From: Escherichia coli
Lineage (GTDB): Bacteria; Pseudomonadota; Gammaproteobacteria; Enterobacterales; Enterobacteriaceae
Reading direction: 5' to 3' (one strand)
DNA length: 64,000 nt
NCBI RefSeq assembly: GCF_044324875.1
Contig: NZ_CP172185.1
The translations under genes were made by a program, and so were the position numbers. Positions 25,218 to 37,833 of the stretch are shown one piece after another. The notes beneath the pieces were generated by a model. It was not told where the DNA came from. It saw nothing but the letters and a program-made list of their open reading frames with translations, and did no database searches. Numbering within the stretch: the first letter of the stretch is position 1; each line of letters starts with the position of its first letter.

Positions 25218-26867
25218 TTACTGATTTTCCTCAATCAACAACGCTTCAAGCAAATCGAGATCGTGCAGTAATTTTTGCAGCGTTTCGTTGCTGATCTCCC
25301 GCGTGGCGCGCAGGTGGTACAGTTCAGCACGTTCAGAACGCAATGCCGCCAGACGGAAGCGACGCTCAAGGTTCTCTTCCTGCACGGAACTTTCAACGTC
25401 GTTACGTCCATCGGCGCGACGACGCAGGTTACCAATGACGCGAGAACTGACCTCCGTAAGCAGCTGGTTATCGATATTCTCTTCGGTATCCGCCGCCAGA
25501 CGCTCCTCCATTTTCTGGATCGCCACAATCGCCACTTCTGCCGTTGCCGCTCGCGCAATACGTTCCTCTTTCAATTGTTGCGAATGGTCCGCGACTTCAA
25601 TGTGTTGTAGCAGAATAGGCAACATCACCACGCCGACAAACAGCGAGAAGAGAATGACACCAGCCGCCAGGAATACCAGCTCATAGCGCGCCGGGAAGAC
25701 GTTACCATCCGGCAAGAGCAGCGGGATAGAGAGCACACCGGCCAGAGTGATCGCCCCACGCACCCCGGCGAAAGACGCGATCAGGATTTCTCGTGTGGTC
25801 CACGAACCAAACTCCATCGGCTTCTTCTTCAGGAAGCGGTTACTGAACTTTTTCATCGTCCACAGCCAGCCGAAACGGACCAGCATCAGCGCCGCATAAA
25901 TCAGAATGATATCGGTAAACAGCATCCAGATTTCGACGTTAGGGTCGATTTCTGCCGCCATCAGCGACGTCTCCAGAATACCCGGCAGCTGCAGACCTAA
26001 CAGCAGGAATACCATGCCGTTAAAGACAAATTCCAGCATCGCCCAGGTACTGTTTGCGCGCAGGCGCATTGCCAGCGGCGCACGGCGCATCACACCGGAG
26101 CGGGTGATGGTCATCCCGGCGGCAACCGCAGCGAGGATGCCGGAAACGCCAATATGTTCGGCAATCAGATAAGAAGCGAATGGCAGCAAGAACAGTAGAA
26201 CAATCTGCGTCGCGGGTTCATCACCGCCCCAGCGGCTGAGGAATCGCAGCGAGCGACCGTACAGCCAGCTCACCACAAAACCGGCGAGAATACCGCCAAT
26301 GGCTACTTTCATAAATTCGACCGTCGCACCGCCAACGGTGAAGATCATCGTCCCCATCGCCACTGCTACGGCAAACTTCAACGACACCAGGCCAGAGGCG
26401 TCATTCATCAACGCTTCGCCCTGCAAAATGCCCATGATTTTTTTCGGGATGCGCCCTTCGCCAACAATCCCGGAGAGCGCCACAGCATCGGTCGGAGAAA
26501 GCACCGCCGCCAGCGCAAAGGCGGGGATCAGCGGAATGCCCGGCACCACCCAGTAAATAAGGAAGCCAATGCCGACCACGGTGACCACCACCAGCGCCAG
26601 CGCGAGGCCGAAAATCTCTCGACCATGTTCGAGAAATTCACGGGTCGGCGTTTTCCAGCCATCAGCGAACAGCAACGGCGGGATAAACAAGACTAAAAAG
26701 AGTTCAGGATCAAACTCCACATGCAAACCAAACGTCGGCCACGCCAGTAGCGCACCGATGGCGATTTGCATAAGCGGAAGCGGGATCTGAAAGGGCATGA
26801 CACGAGTGACCACCCCGGACAGCGAGACCACGAGGGTCATTATCAGTATGGTGAAGAAGATTTCCAT
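25218..26867 (-). CDS. yjcE: Na+/H+ exchanger family transporter
   Basis: 549-aa ORF with a membrane domain and a charged C-terminal tail. Confidence 0.9.
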   Translation of the reverse strand: MEIFFTILIMTLVVSLSGVVTRVMPFQIPLPLMQIAIGALLAWPTFGLHVEFDPELFLVLFIPPLLFADGWKTPTREFLEHGREIFGLALALVVVTVVGIGFLIYWVVPGIPLIPAFALAAVLSPTDAVALSGIVGEGRIPKKIMGILQGEALMNDASGLVSLKFAVAVAMGTMIFTVGGATVEFMKVAIGGILAGFVVSWLYGRSLRFLSRWGGDEPATQIVLLFLLPFASYLIAEHIGVSGILAAVAAGMTITRSGVMRRAPLAMRLRANSTWAMLEFVFNGMVFLLLGLQLPGILETSLMAAEIDPNVEIWMLFTDIILIYAALMLVRFGWLWTMKKFSNRFLKKKPMEFGSWTTREILIASFAGVRGAITLAGVLSIPLLLPDGNVFPARYELVFLAAGVILFSLFVGVVMLPILLQHIEVADHSQQLKEERIARAATAEVAIVAIQKMEERLAADTEENIDNQLLTEVSSRVIGNLRRRADGRNDVESSVQEENLERRFRLAALRSERAELYHLRATREISNETLQKLLHDLDLLEALLIEENQ

Positions 26868-27017
26868 GCGTTCCCTGTTTGCGATGTTTTTTATGATCTG
26901 AGAAAGACGTTATGCCTGAATTCTCATTTTTTCAGAATATCGCAAAAGCTCACACAATGTGCGGAGAAAATAAAAACGGGCAGCCATTGCCACCCGTTTT
27001 CAGAATCATATGAAAGA

Positions 27018-28367
27018 TTAGATAGCCCAGCCACCCGCATAGAAGGTCACCAGCGCCACAGCGATAACGACCGTACCGATGTTCAACTTGCGCCATTCGC
27101 CGGAAACCAGACGACCAATCACCAGAGTCGCGAAGCCGATCATGATGCCTGTTACGATGTTACAGGTCAGCACGATGAATACCGCCGTAACCAGACCCGC
27201 CATCGCATCAACAAAATCAGCAAAGTCGATTTTCGCCACGTTGCTCAGCATCAGCAGGCCAACGTACATCAGCGCTGGAGCCGTTGCGTACCCAGGAACG
27301 AGGTAAGAGAGCGGAGAGAGGAACAGAATCAGCAGGAACAGCACGCCAACGGTGATAGCCGTCAAACCGGTTTTACCGCCCGCCGCCGTACCCGCCGCAG
27401 ACTCAATGTATACCGCTGCCGGAGCTGCCCCCACCAGGCCAGAGAAAACGCTGCTCATGGAGTCAGTGGTCAGTGCTTTCCCGCCGTCGATGATCTGCCC
27501 GTCTTTATCCAGCAGGTTCGCCTGGCCGGCGACGGCACGGATAGTTCCGGTGGCATCAAATACTGCCGTCATCACCAGCGCCAGAACGCTTGGCAGGACT
27601 ACAGGATTCAGCGCGCCCATAATGTCCAGGCTGCCAATCAGTGAATTGCCGTTTTCATCGCTCAATGAAGGCATGGCGAAAACGCCGGAGAAATGGACGT
27701 TAGGATCGAAGATCAAACCGACAATTGAGATACCGATAATGGTCAGCAGAATGCCACCAGGGACTTTCAGTTTTTCCAGGCCGATGATCACCGCCAGACC
27801 TACCAGTGACATAATCACCGGGAAGGTCGCGAAATCACCCAGCGCAACGGGCAGACCATCAAGCGGGTTTTTAATCACCAGACCGACACCATTAGCGGCA
27901 ATGAGCAGCAGGAACAGACCGATACCGATCCCCGTGCCGTGCGCCACACCGTGCGGCAAGTTGCGCAAAATCCAGCTACGGATACCCGTGGCAGAAATTA
28001 CCGTAAACAGTACACCCATCAGGAACACAGCACCCAGCGCGACAGGTACGCTAATATGTTGCCCCAGCACCAGACTGAATGCGGTAAACGCCGTCAGGGA
28101 GATGGCGCAACCAATCGCCAACGGCAGATTAGCCCACAGACCCATCACGATAGAACCGAGTCCGGCAACCAGACAGGTCGCAACGAAAACTGCCGCAGGC
28201 GGGAAGCCTGCTTTACCCAACATGCCTGGAACGACGATAACCGAGTAGACCATCGCCAGAAATGTTGTTAACCCGGCAACCACTTCCTGACGGACAGTGC
28301 TTCCACGTTGTGAAATTTTAAACCAGGCGTCGAGTGAACCGCCGGTACGCGCTGATGGCGTAGACAT
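27018..28367 (-). CDS. ghxP: Guanine/hypoxanthine permease (NCS2 family)
   Basis: 449-aa polytopic ORF (the K-12 yjcD locus). Confidence 0.9.
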
Positions 28368-28482
28368 AAGAAAACATCCCCTGAGAGTTTAATTTTCGTC
28401 AAGATGCGTGGCGGACAATCCCCTGCCAGCGAAACGTTATCTTCCTGCTCCAGGTTTGCGACAAATTGGTGCGTCGCAAAAA

Positions 28483-28497
28483 AGCAAACGTTTAGCT
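28483..28497. promoter_or_regulatory. PurR-box-like palindrome upstream of ghxP
   Basis: AGCAAACGTTTAGCT resembles the PurR operator core GCAAACGTTTGC. Confidence 0.4.
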
Positions 28498-28623
28498 CCG
28501 CGCATACAAAACGGGTGGTAAAAAAAGCAAACGATTATCCGGCGATCATAGCGGCTTTTTCAACCGAAGTTTGCTGCTTTTTTCTCTTTTATTGTCTTGA
28601 CGATGAAAAACCAGGCAATTGAT

Positions 28624-28638
28624 GCGCAAACGTTATCG
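28624..28638. promoter_or_regulatory. Second, weaker PurR-box-like element
   Basis: GCGCAAACGTTATCG. Confidence 0.3.
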
Positions 28639-28774
28639 TCGATGCGCAAGATTGCAGCGTTATCGAGCCGCATACCGTTCAGGATTGCGATAAAAAATCG
28701 TCTGAGATGACAAAAATATTGCGGCTAAAAAGTGTACTTTTACACTGGAGAAGAAACGCCGGTGACATACAATT

Positions 28775-28915
28775 AAAGCATCAACACCAACCGGAACCTC
28801 CACCACGTGCTCGAATGAGGTGTGTTGACGTCGGGGGAAACCCTCCTGTGTACCAGCGGGATAGAGAGAAAGACAAAGACCGGAAAACAAACTAAAGCGC
28901 CCTTGTGGCGCTTTA
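28775..28915 (+). ncRNA. ryjA: Candidate small RNA convergent with soxR (RyjA-like)
   Basis: From memory, K-12 has the sRNA RyjA in the soxR-yjcD intergenic region. TACAAT -10-like element near 28766; the transcript would end at the shared hairpin. Strand and ends are uncertain. Confidence 0.3.
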
Positions 28916-28920
28916 GTTTT
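28891..28920. terminator. Bidirectional terminator hairpin overlapping the soxR stop codon
   Basis: Perfect 11-bp inverted repeat actaaagcgcc-cttgt-ggcgctttagt with T runs on both strands. Confidence 0.7.
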
Positions 28921-29377
28921 GTTCATCTTCCAGCAAGCGTGCGCCGGTACCTTCTTCTCCTAAGCGGTCGCCCGGGTTACGCAATGGGCAATCACTGCGC
29001 GAAAGGCAGCCACAACCAATACATCCGTCCAGCTCGTCACGCAGCGCCACTAAGGTATGAATGCGCCGATCCAACTCTTCTCGCCATTGGGACGAAAGCT
29101 GTTTCCACTCTTTCGCACTTAATGTATGCCCTTCGGGCAACACGCCAAATGCTTCACGAATGGTCGCCAGCGGAATGCCAATACGCTGAGCAATTTTGAT
29201 GATTGCGACATATCGCAACACATCACGTTTATATCGCCGCTGATTGCCACTATTACGGATACTGCTAATCAACCCTTTGCTTTCATAGAAATGCAGCGCC
29301 GATACCGCCACACCGCTGCGTTTTGCCACTTCGCCGGGGGTTAGCAGCGCTTTAATGCGGGGTAATTTCTTTTCCAT
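28913..29377 (-). CDS. soxR: Redox-sensing MerR-family regulator with 2Fe-2S cluster
   Basis: 154 aa; C-terminal [12 protein letters not shown] cysteine cluster. Confidence 0.95.
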   Translation of the reverse strand: MEKKLPRIKALLTPGEVAKRSGVAVSALHFYESKGLISSIRNSGNQRRYKRDVLRYVAIIKIAQRIGIPLATIREAFGVLPEGHTLSAKEWKQLSSQWREELDRRIHTLVALRDELDGCIGCGCLSRSDCPLRNPGDRLGEEGTGARLLEDEQN

Positions 29378-29388
29378 AAATCGCTTTA

Positions 29389-29406
29389 CCTCAAGTTAAC
29401 TTGAGG
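29389..29406. promoter_or_regulatory. SoxR operator in the soxS promoter
   Basis: Perfect palindrome CCTCAAGTTAACTTGAGG between divergent soxR and soxS. Confidence 0.7.
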
Positions 29407-29462
29407 AATTATACTCCCCAACAGATGAATTAACGAACTGAACACTGAAAAGAGGCAGATTT

Positions 29463-29786
29463 ATGTCCCATCAGAAAATTATTCAGGATCTTATCGCATG
29501 GATTGACGAGCATATTGACCAGCCGCTTAACATTGATGTCGTCGCAAAAAAATCAGGCTATTCAAAGTGGTACTTACAGCGGATGTTCCGCACGGTGACG
29601 CATCAGACACTTGGTGATTACATTCGCCAACGCCGCCTGTTACTGGCCGCCGTTGAGTTGCGCACCACCGAGCGTCCGATTTTTGATATCGCAATGGACC
29701 TGGGTTATGTCTCGCAGCAGACCTTCTCCCGCGTTTTCCGTCGGCAGTTTGATCGCACTCCCAGCGATTATCGCCACCGCCTGTAG
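29463..29786 (+). CDS. soxS: AraC-family superoxide-response activator
   Basis: 107-aa ORF (MSHQKIIQDLIAWIDEH...). Confidence 0.95.
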   Translation: MSHQKIIQDLIAWIDEHIDQPLNIDVVAKKSGYSKWYLQRMFRTVTHQTLGDYIRQRRLLLAAVELRTTERPIFDIAMDLGYVSQQTFSRVFRRQFDRTPSDYRHRL

Positions 29787-29788
29787 TT

Positions 29789-31384
29789 TTATTGCCCGCG
29801 CGTTAACTCCCGCGCGGGTAATTGCTCCATCCATTGCATAAACACCTGCGGCGGCATCGCCTTCGCAAAGAACCATCCCTGGCAATAGCGCACGCCGCGT
29901 TTGCGCAGCCAGTTAACCTGTTCCTCAGTTTCGACGCCTTCAGCGATCGTTTTTAACCCCAGACTGTGCGCCAGCTCGATGATGTGTTCCGCAATCAAAT
30001 GACTGGTTTTATGGGTGGTCAGCGTCTCAACAAACGATTTATCGATTTTCAAAATATCGACATTCAATGATTTAAGGTTATGCAAGTTAGAGTAGCCAAT
30101 ACCAAAATCATCAATTGCCACTTCGTAACCAGCCTGGCGGAAAGCCAGAATAATCGGCGTCATTTTGTCGACATCAAGAAATGCATGTTCAGTCACTTCA
30201 AATTTAATTTGCTGCGGACGCACCGCATATTGCTCTGTTTTCTGGTTGGTTCGCGCTATCAACCGTGACGTATGAAAATCGGAGGCCGACAGGTTAATAG
30301 AAACATAGCGATCGACATGTGTTGCCAGGTACACGCCCAGATCGCGGAAGACATTATCAATAACATAATCAGTTATCTGTTCGATCATCCCCTCCTTTTC
30401 TGCCAGCGGAATAAACTCTGCCGGATTCATTACTTGCCCCTGCTCACCAGGCCAACGTATCAATGCTTCAGCGCCGGTACATTTTTCTGTTTTGATATCG
30501 ATTATTGGCTGGTAATAAAGGCAAAGTTGATGTTTTTCGAGGGCGCGTTGCAATTTGCGTTTGGGAGACAAATAGTTTTGTCGAATACGTAGCCAGAGTA
30601 ATAACAGAACAAGACTCCCCAAAATACCGGCGGGTAACGCAAAAATAAGATGATTATAAAAATGCGCTATAAGACGTTGATATGAAGTCGCAACAATGGC
30701 TGCAATCGGGCGTTTTGTCGAATAAACTGTCGCATATAAATAGCCATTTCTTTGTACGGTTAAATCATTCAAATGAATCAGCGGAGAAAACGTTGCTGCC
30801 GAGGCCTCGTTGCTTAACGAGAAAAAGGTTTTTGTCACCGTATCATACACACCCCATTGCAATGTCGGATCATCGGACATCACTTCACTCCAGAAGAGAG
30901 GGTTGATAACCGCCACATAATTTCCCCGCTGCATATAGGTCATTTTATAGCCAGAGAAAAAAGGCGTATCGCGGTAATAATAGATAGAAACGTTAGGTTC
31001 ACGCTTATAATCGGCCGGTGCAATCGTATAGCCGTTTACAGGCGCTATCAGCGATGAGCATAAAAAATGGTTATCACGGGCATAGATCAATTCATTAATA
31101 TAAAGATAGCCACGAATAATATTCAACATTCGCTTTTGATGGGCTGGAGTGCAAACTTGCCCCTGATAGCGTTCAGCAGCATCGCTCACTAAATCTGCCT
31201 GGCGAATGACCAGCTCGGATTTATCCAGCGCCAGCTGAGCAAAAGTTTGGAGCTGGCTATTCACTTCTGATTTTGCCCAAAGGAAGGCAATCCATAGCGA
31301 CAGAATGATGGGAAAGAGAACTAAAAAGATAATGCCCGGCAACGCCAGTAATTGGTGTCGTGCACGATGACTCATTGCTATCAA
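29789..31384 (-). CDS. pdeC: c-di-GMP phosphodiesterase with CSS sensor and EAL domain
   Basis: 531 aa; N-terminal TM and periplasmic domain, C-terminal EAL domain (EALIRW); the K-12 yjcC locus. Confidence 0.9.
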
Positions 31385-31804
31385 TTTCCTGCCTGTTTAT
31401 ACCCGGCCATTGCAAGGTGAAAACCCTGGGCACCGACGTCTTTAGATAAATCTTACGGTATAAATAGCACTTTTGCCTGATTTGAAATTGATACCTTTTT
31501 AATGGTCACCTGAATAAAAATAATTCATTGATATTCAAATTAATTTTCTACAGGAATGCAGAGGCGGCGGGAAGATATGCCCTTAATGCCACTGAAAAAA
31601 CCACATAATCTGTACGGCAATAAAAGTCACGGCCTAATCTGGCTAACAAACAATCAATTGTGATATAGTTCACAAAATTAATGAAACAAACAGAGTGTTT
31701 CATTTTTGTGTCCTGCAAGCCCCGCGATAGCCAGATTGTATCACGCCTCCCGTGAACAACGCCGCGCTGTCCGAGGCATCGGCTCTTTTCAGAGGAATTG
31801 TTTG

Positions 31805-32086
31805 ATGGCTACCCTCACCACTGGCGTGGTTCTTCTTCGCTGGCAACTTCTTAGTGCCGTAATGATGTTTCTGGCCAGCACACTCAACATCCGTTTTCGT
31901 CGGTCTGATTATGTCGGGCTTGCAGTGATCAGCAGCGGTCTGGGCGTGGTTTCTGCCTGCTGGTTCGCAATGGGGTTGCTTGGTATCACAATGGCGGATA
32001 TCACCGCCATCTGGCACAACATCGAGTCGGTGATGATAGAAGAGATGAATCAGACACCGCCACAATGGCCAATGATTTTGACTTGA
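31805..32086 (+). CDS. yjcB: Small inner-membrane protein
   Basis: Internal ATG (MATLTTGVVLL) preceded by GAGG; the longer ORF 31706..32086 starts at a non-ATG codon. Confidence 0.8.
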   Translation: MATLTTGVVLLRWQLLSAVMMFLASTLNIRFRRSDYVGLAVISSGLGVVSACWFAMGLLGITMADITAIWHNIESVMIEEMNQTPPQWPMILT

Positions 32087-32091
32087 TATAT

Positions 32092-32121
32092 AGAAGCCTC
32101 CAAAACGGAGGCTTCTTTTTT
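32092..32121. terminator. Bidirectional terminator between yjcB and ssb
   Basis: agaagcctcc-aaaac-ggaggcttct hairpin followed by T6. Confidence 0.7.
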
Positions 32122-32184
32122 ACGGCTGGCAGATGCTTTAATCATCCACCTTAAAACAATATAACCTATTGTTTTAATGACAAA

Positions 32185-32721
32185 TCAGAACGGAATATCG
32201 TCATCAAAGTCCATCGGCGGCTCGTTAGACGGTGCTGCCGGAGCAGACTGCTGCGGGCGAGACTGCGCGCCGCCGCTGAACTGATTGCCGCCCTGCGGCT
32301 GCTGAGGCTGACCCCAACCGCCCTGCGGCTGACCACCACCGATATTGCCACCTGCAGGAGCGCCACCACCCTGACGACCACCCAACATCTGCATGGTGCC
32401 ACCAACGTTCACCACGACTTCTGTGGTGTAGCGATCCTGACCGGATTGATCGGTCCATTTGCGGGTACGCAGCTGACCTTCGATATAAACCTGAGAACCT
32501 TTACGCAGATATTCGCTGGCTACTTCTGCCAGTTTGCCGAACAGCACAACGCGGTGCCATTCAGTCTGCTCTTTCATCTCGCCGGTCGCTTTGTCACGCC
32601 AGGATTCGGAAGTAGCCAGCGTAATGTTGGCAACAGCGCCACCATTTGGCATGTAGCGTACTTCCGGGTCCTGACCCAGATTACCAACGAGAATAACCTT
32701 GTTTACGCCTCTGCTGGCCAT
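32185..32721 (-). CDS. ssb: Single-stranded DNA-binding protein
   Basis: 178 aa; OB-fold N-terminus, Gly/Gln-rich linker, acidic tail DDDIPF. Confidence 0.96.
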   Translation of the reverse strand: MASRGVNKVILVGNLGQDPEVRYMPNGGAVANITLATSESWRDKATGEMKEQTEWHRVVLFGKLAEVASEYLRKGSQVYIEGQLRTRKWTDQSGQDRYTTEVVVNVGGTMQMLGGRQGGGAPAGGNIGGGQPQGGWGQPQQPQGGNQFSGGAQSRPQQSAPAAPSNEPPMDFDDDIPF

Positions 32722-32874
32722 GTTCGTGTCTCCTGAAAAAAAATCATTCTGAATAAGTGTAAACGCGCGATTGTACCATTACCAATAGCGCTTTTACTAT
32801 GTTGTGACCTCGGTTCCGGGAAACAAACCTGGCCAGACATTGTTACACAACACTCCGGGTATTGCATTCCAATA

Positions 32875-32890
32875 CTGTATATTCATTCAG
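32875..32890. promoter_or_regulatory. LexA (SOS) box shared by divergent ssb and uvrA promoters
   Basis: CTGTATATTCATTCAG matches CTGT-N8-ACAG. Confidence 0.75.
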
Positions 32891-32975
32891 GTCAATTTGT
32901 GTCATAATTAACCGTTTGTGATCGCCGGTAGCACCATGCCACCGGGCAAAAAAGCGTTTAATCCGGGAAAGGTGA

Positions 32976-35798
32976 ATGGATAAGATCGAAGTTCGGGGCG
33001 CCCGCACCCATAATCTCAAAAACATCAACCTCGTTATCCCCCGCGACAAGCTCATTGTCGTGACCGGGCTTTCGGGTTCTGGCAAATCCTCGCTCGCTTT
33101 CGACACCTTATATGCCGAAGGGCAGCGCCGTTACGTTGAATCCCTTTCCGCCTACGCGCGGCAGTTTCTGTCACTGATGGAAAAGCCGGACGTCGATCAT
33201 ATTGAGGGGCTTTCTCCTGCCATCTCAATTGAGCAGAAATCGACGTCTCATAACCCGCGTTCTACGGTGGGGACAATCACCGAAATCCACGACTATTTGC
33301 GTTTGTTGTTCGCCCGCGTCGGTGAGCCGCGCTGCCCGGACCACGACGTCCCGCTGGCGGCGCAAACCGTCAGTCAGATGGTGGATAACGTGTTGTCCCA
33401 GCCGGAAGGTAAACGCCTGATGCTGCTCGCGCCAATCATTAAAGAGCGCAAAGGCGAACACACCAAAACGCTGGAGAACCTGGCAAGTCAGGGTTACATC
33501 CGTGCTCGTATTGATGGCGAAGTCTGCGATCTTTCCGATCCGCCGAAACTGGAACTGCAAAAGAAACATACCATTGAAGTGGTGGTTGATCGCTTCAAGG
33601 TGCGTGACGATCTTACCCAACGTCTTGCCGAGTCGTTTGAAACCGCGCTGGAGCTTTCCGGTGGTACCGCGGTAGTTGCGGATATGGACGACCCGAAAGC
33701 GGAAGAGTTGCTGTTCTCCGCTAATTTCGCCTGCCCAATTTGCGGCTACAGTATGCGTGAACTGGAGCCGCGACTGTTTTCGTTTAACAACCCGGCAGGG
33801 GCCTGCCCGACCTGTGACGGCCTTGGCGTGCAGCAATATTTCGATCCTGACCGCGTGATCCAGAATCCGGAACTGTCGCTGGCTGGCGGTGCGATCCGAG
33901 GCTGGGATCGCCGCAACTTCTATTACTTCCAGATGCTGAAATCGCTGGCAGATCACTATAAGTTCGACGTCGAAGCGCCGTGGGGCAGCCTGAGCGCGAA
34001 CGTGCATAAAGTGGTGTTGTACGGTTCTGGCAAAGAAAACATTGAATTCAAATACATGAACGATCGTGGCGATACCTCCATTCGTCGTCATCCGTTCGAA
34101 GGCGTGCTGCACAATATGGAGCGCCGTTATAAAGAGACGGAATCCAGTGCGGTACGCGAAGAATTAGCCAAGTTTATCAGCAATCGCCCGTGCGCCAGCT
34201 GCGAAGGGACGCGTCTGCGTCGGGAAGCGCGCCATGTGTATGTCGAGAATACGCCGCTGCCTGCTATCTCCGACATGAGCATCGGTCATGCGATGGAATT
34301 CTTCAACAATCTCAAACTCGCAGGTCAGCGAGCGAAGATTGCGGAAAAAATTCTTAAAGAGATTGGCGATCGCCTGAAATTCCTCGTTAACGTCGGCCTG
34401 AATTACCTGACACTTTCCCGCTCGGCAGAGACACTTTCTGGCGGTGAAGCCCAGCGTATCCGTCTGGCGAGCCAGATTGGTGCGGGCCTGGTTGGCGTTA
34501 TGTACGTGCTGGACGAGCCGTCTATCGGCCTGCACCAGCGCGATAACGAGCGCCTGTTGGGTACGCTTATCCATCTGCGCGATCTCGGTAATACCGTGAT
34601 TGTGGTGGAGCACGACGAAGACGCGATTCGCGCCGCTGACCATGTGATCGACATTGGCCCGGGCGCAGGTGTACACGGCGGTGAAGTGGTCGCAGAAGGT
34701 CCACTGGAAGCGATTATGGCAGTGCCTGAGTCGTTGACCGGGCAGTACATGAGCGGCAAACGCAAGATTGAAGTGCCGAAGAAACGCGTTCCGGCGAATC
34801 CGGAAAAAGTGCTGAAGCTGACAGGCGCACGTGGTAATAACCTGAAAGACGTGACGCTGACGCTGCCAGTCGGTCTGTTTACCTGCATCACAGGGGTTTC
34901 AGGTTCCGGTAAATCGACGCTGATTAACGACACACTGTTCCCGATTGCCCAACGCCAGTTGAATGGTGCGACCATCGCCGAACCGGCACCGTATCGCGAT
35001 ATTCAGGGGCTGGAGCATTTCGATAAAGTGATCGATATCGACCAAAGCCCAATTGGTCGTACTCCGCGTTCTAACCCGGCGACCTATACCGGCGTGTTTA
35101 CGCCTGTGCGCGAACTGTTTGCGGGCGTACCGGAATCCCGTGCGCGCGGCTATACGCCGGGACGTTTCAGCTTTAACGTCCGTGGCGGGCGCTGCGAAGC
35201 CTGTCAGGGCGACGGCGTGATCAAAGTGGAGATGCACTTCCTGCCGGATATCTACGTACCGTGCGACCAGTGCAAAGGCAAACGCTATAACCGTGAAACG
35301 CTGGAGATTAAGTACAAAGGCAAAACCATCCACGAAGTGCTGGATATGACCATCGAAGAGGCGCGTGAGTTCTTTGATGCCGTACCTGCACTGGCGCGTA
35401 AGCTGCAAACGTTGATGGACGTTGGTCTGACGTACATTCGCCTGGGGCAGTCCGCAACCACACTTTCTGGTGGTGAAGCCCAGCGCGTGAAGCTAGCGCG
35501 TGAGCTGTCAAAACGCGGCACCGGGCAGACGCTGTATATTCTTGATGAGCCGACCACCGGTCTGCACTTCGCCGATATTCAGCAACTGCTCGACGTACTG
35601 CATAAACTGCGCGATCAGGGCAACACCATTGTGGTGATTGAGCACAATCTCGACGTGATCAAAACCGCTGACTGGATTGTCGACCTGGGACCGGAAGGCG
35701 GCAGTGGCGGCGGCGAGATCCTCGTCTCCGGTACGCCAGAAACCGTCGCGGAGTGCGAAGCTTCGCATACGGCACGCTTCCTCAAGCCGATGCTGTAA
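32976..35798 (+). CDS. uvrA: Excinuclease ABC subunit A
   Basis: 940 aa; two ABC ATPase modules ([16 protein letters not shown]) and zinc-finger cysteines. Confidence 0.97.
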   Translation: MDKIEVRGARTHNLKNINLVIPRDKLIVVTGLSGSGKSSLAFDTLYAEGQRRYVESLSAYARQFLSLMEKPDVDHIEGLSPAISIEQKSTSHNPRSTVGTITEIHDYLRLLFARVGEPRCPDHDVPLAAQTVSQMVDNVLSQPEGKRLMLLAPIIKERKGEHTKTLENLASQGYIRARIDGEVCDLSDPPKLELQKKHTIEVVVDRFKVRDDLTQRLAESFETALELSGGTAVVADMDDPKAEELLFSANFACPICGYSMRELEPRLFSFNNPAGACPTCDGLGVQQYFDPDRVIQNPELSLAGGAIRGWDRRNFYYFQMLKSLADHYKFDVEAPWGSLSANVHKVVLYGSGKENIEFKYMNDRGDTSIRRHPFEGVLHNMERRYKETESSAVREELAKFISNRPCASCEGTRLRREARHVYVENTPLPAISDMSIGHAMEFFNNLKLAGQRAKIAEKILKEIGDRLKFLVNVGLNYLTLSRSAETLSGGEAQRIRLASQIGAGLVGVMYVLDEPSIGLHQRDNERLLGTLIHLRDLGNTVIVVEHDEDAIRAADHVIDIGPGAGVHGGEVVAEGPLEAIMAVPESLTGQYMSGKRKIEVPKKRVPANPEKVLKLTGARGNNLKDVTLTLPVGLFTCITGVSGSGKSTLINDTLFPIAQRQLNGATIAEPAPYRDIQGLEHFDKVIDIDQSPIGRTPRSNPATYTGVFTPVRELFAGVPESRARGYTPGRFSFNVRGGRCEACQGDGVIKVEMHFLPDIYVPCDQCKGKRYNRETLEIKYKGKTIHEVLDMTIEEAREFFDAVPALARKLQTLMDVGLTYIRLGQSATTLSGGEAQRVKLARELSKRGTGQTLYILDEPTTGLHFADIQQLLDVLHKLRDQGNTIVVIEHNLDVIKTADWIVDLGPEGGSGGGEILVSGTPETVAECEASHTARFLKPML

Positions 35799-35803
35799 TC
35801 GTT

Positions 35804-35830
35804 AAGGCCGCTTTCTGAGCGGCCTTTTCC
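35804..35830. terminator. Terminator between convergent uvrA and yjbR
   Basis: aaggccgc-tttctga-gcggcctt hairpin followed by a T-rich tract. Confidence 0.65.
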
Positions 35831-35832
35831 TT

Positions 35833-36189
35833 TCAGAGTTGCACCAGCAATTTACGTTTTTCTTCCGGCAGCAAATTCACCGCCTGCTGATAAGACGCAT
35901 CCACCAGATAATAGATTTGCGAATCCGGTAGCGATCCGTCGAGATACACGGTGCTCCAGTGCGCTTTATTCAGATGGCGGCTTGGACGCACATCGCTGTG
36001 CTGCTGACGTAGCAGCTCCGCCAGCTCCGGGCTGGTTTTCAGCGAAACCGCCGGGCGATTTTCTACTTCTTTCACCATCGCAAACAGTACATCTTCCACT
36101 TTGATCTGCGTCGCTTTCCAGTCGTTATGCACGCTCTGTTCTGCGCCTGGTTTTGCCATGCAATATTGTAGCAACTCCGAAATGGTCAT
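35833..36189 (-). CDS. yjbR: Small conserved protein (YjbR/MmcQ family)
   Basis: 118-aa ORF. Confidence 0.85.
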   Translation of the reverse strand: MTISELLQYCMAKPGAEQSVHNDWKATQIKVEDVLFAMVKEVENRPAVSLKTSPELAELLRQQHSDVRPSRHLNKAHWSTVYLDGSLPDSQIYYLVDASYQQAVNLLPEEKRKLLVQL

Positions 36190-36192
36190 TTT

Positions 36193-36609
36193 TTACTCCC
36201 CTTGTAGTGTCGCGATAATGCGACGCGATCCGCCGTGGATGCGATGTTCCCCCAGCCAGATGCCTTGCCAGGTGCCGGTCTGAATACGCCCTTTATGCAC
36301 CGGCAATACAAGCGATGTTCCCAGCATTGAGGATTTGATATGAGAAGGCATATCGTCTGCTCCCTCATAGTCATGCTCATAATTTCCGTTGTCGGGAACG
36401 GTGCGGAGGAAAAAACGCTCCATGTCGTGGCGTACGGTGGGATCGCAGTTCTCATTAAGTGTCAGAGAGGCGGAGGTATGTTGCAGCAACAGATGCAGTA
36501 AACCGATGTTAACGCGCGGCATATCAGCCAGCTGATTCAGAATTTCATCCGTTACCAGATGAAACCCACGAGATTTGGCGCTAAGCGTGAGCGTCTTTTG
36601 ATACCACAT
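36193..36609 (-). CDS. yjbQ: UPF0047-family protein
   Basis: 138-aa ORF, 3 nt upstream of yjbR. Confidence 0.85.
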
Positions 36610-36719
36610 GTGCTGCTCCTTGATAAAACTCTCTTAATCAGTTTGCAGCAAGACAGAGAAAGGATAAAGGTGTGATTAAAAAAACAGCATTCGGGAGAGT
36701 GTCACGCTCTCCCGCTCTG

Positions 36720-37622
<903 letters not shown>

Positions 37623-37833
37623 TCAATGAAGGATACATTAATTTTACGTTTATTATGATGAATCCTCTGCAAATGAGCGAAATTTGATAGAACATTTATC
37701 TGCTGTACGATTTAATGAACTTAATGATACAGCATTACAAAAACAATCGAAGTTTATAAAGATGATTTCTGATTGACCAGAACCCTACCCTACAATGGTG
37801 ACTAATTTTATTACTCTCGAAGGAGATGATGAT

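Noticed and set aside
27352-28248. 298-aa plus-strand ORF antisense to ghxP
   Set aside because: Pro/Ser/Thr/Ala-rich translation opposite a transporter gene; typical shadow ORF.
31706-31804. Upstream extension of yjcB to 126 aa
   Set aside because: Begins at a non-ATG codon with no Shine-Dalgarno, whereas the internal ATG at 31805 has GAGG upstream.
33225-34112. 295-aa minus-strand ORF inside uvrA
   Set aside because: Antisense to the highly conserved uvrA frame.
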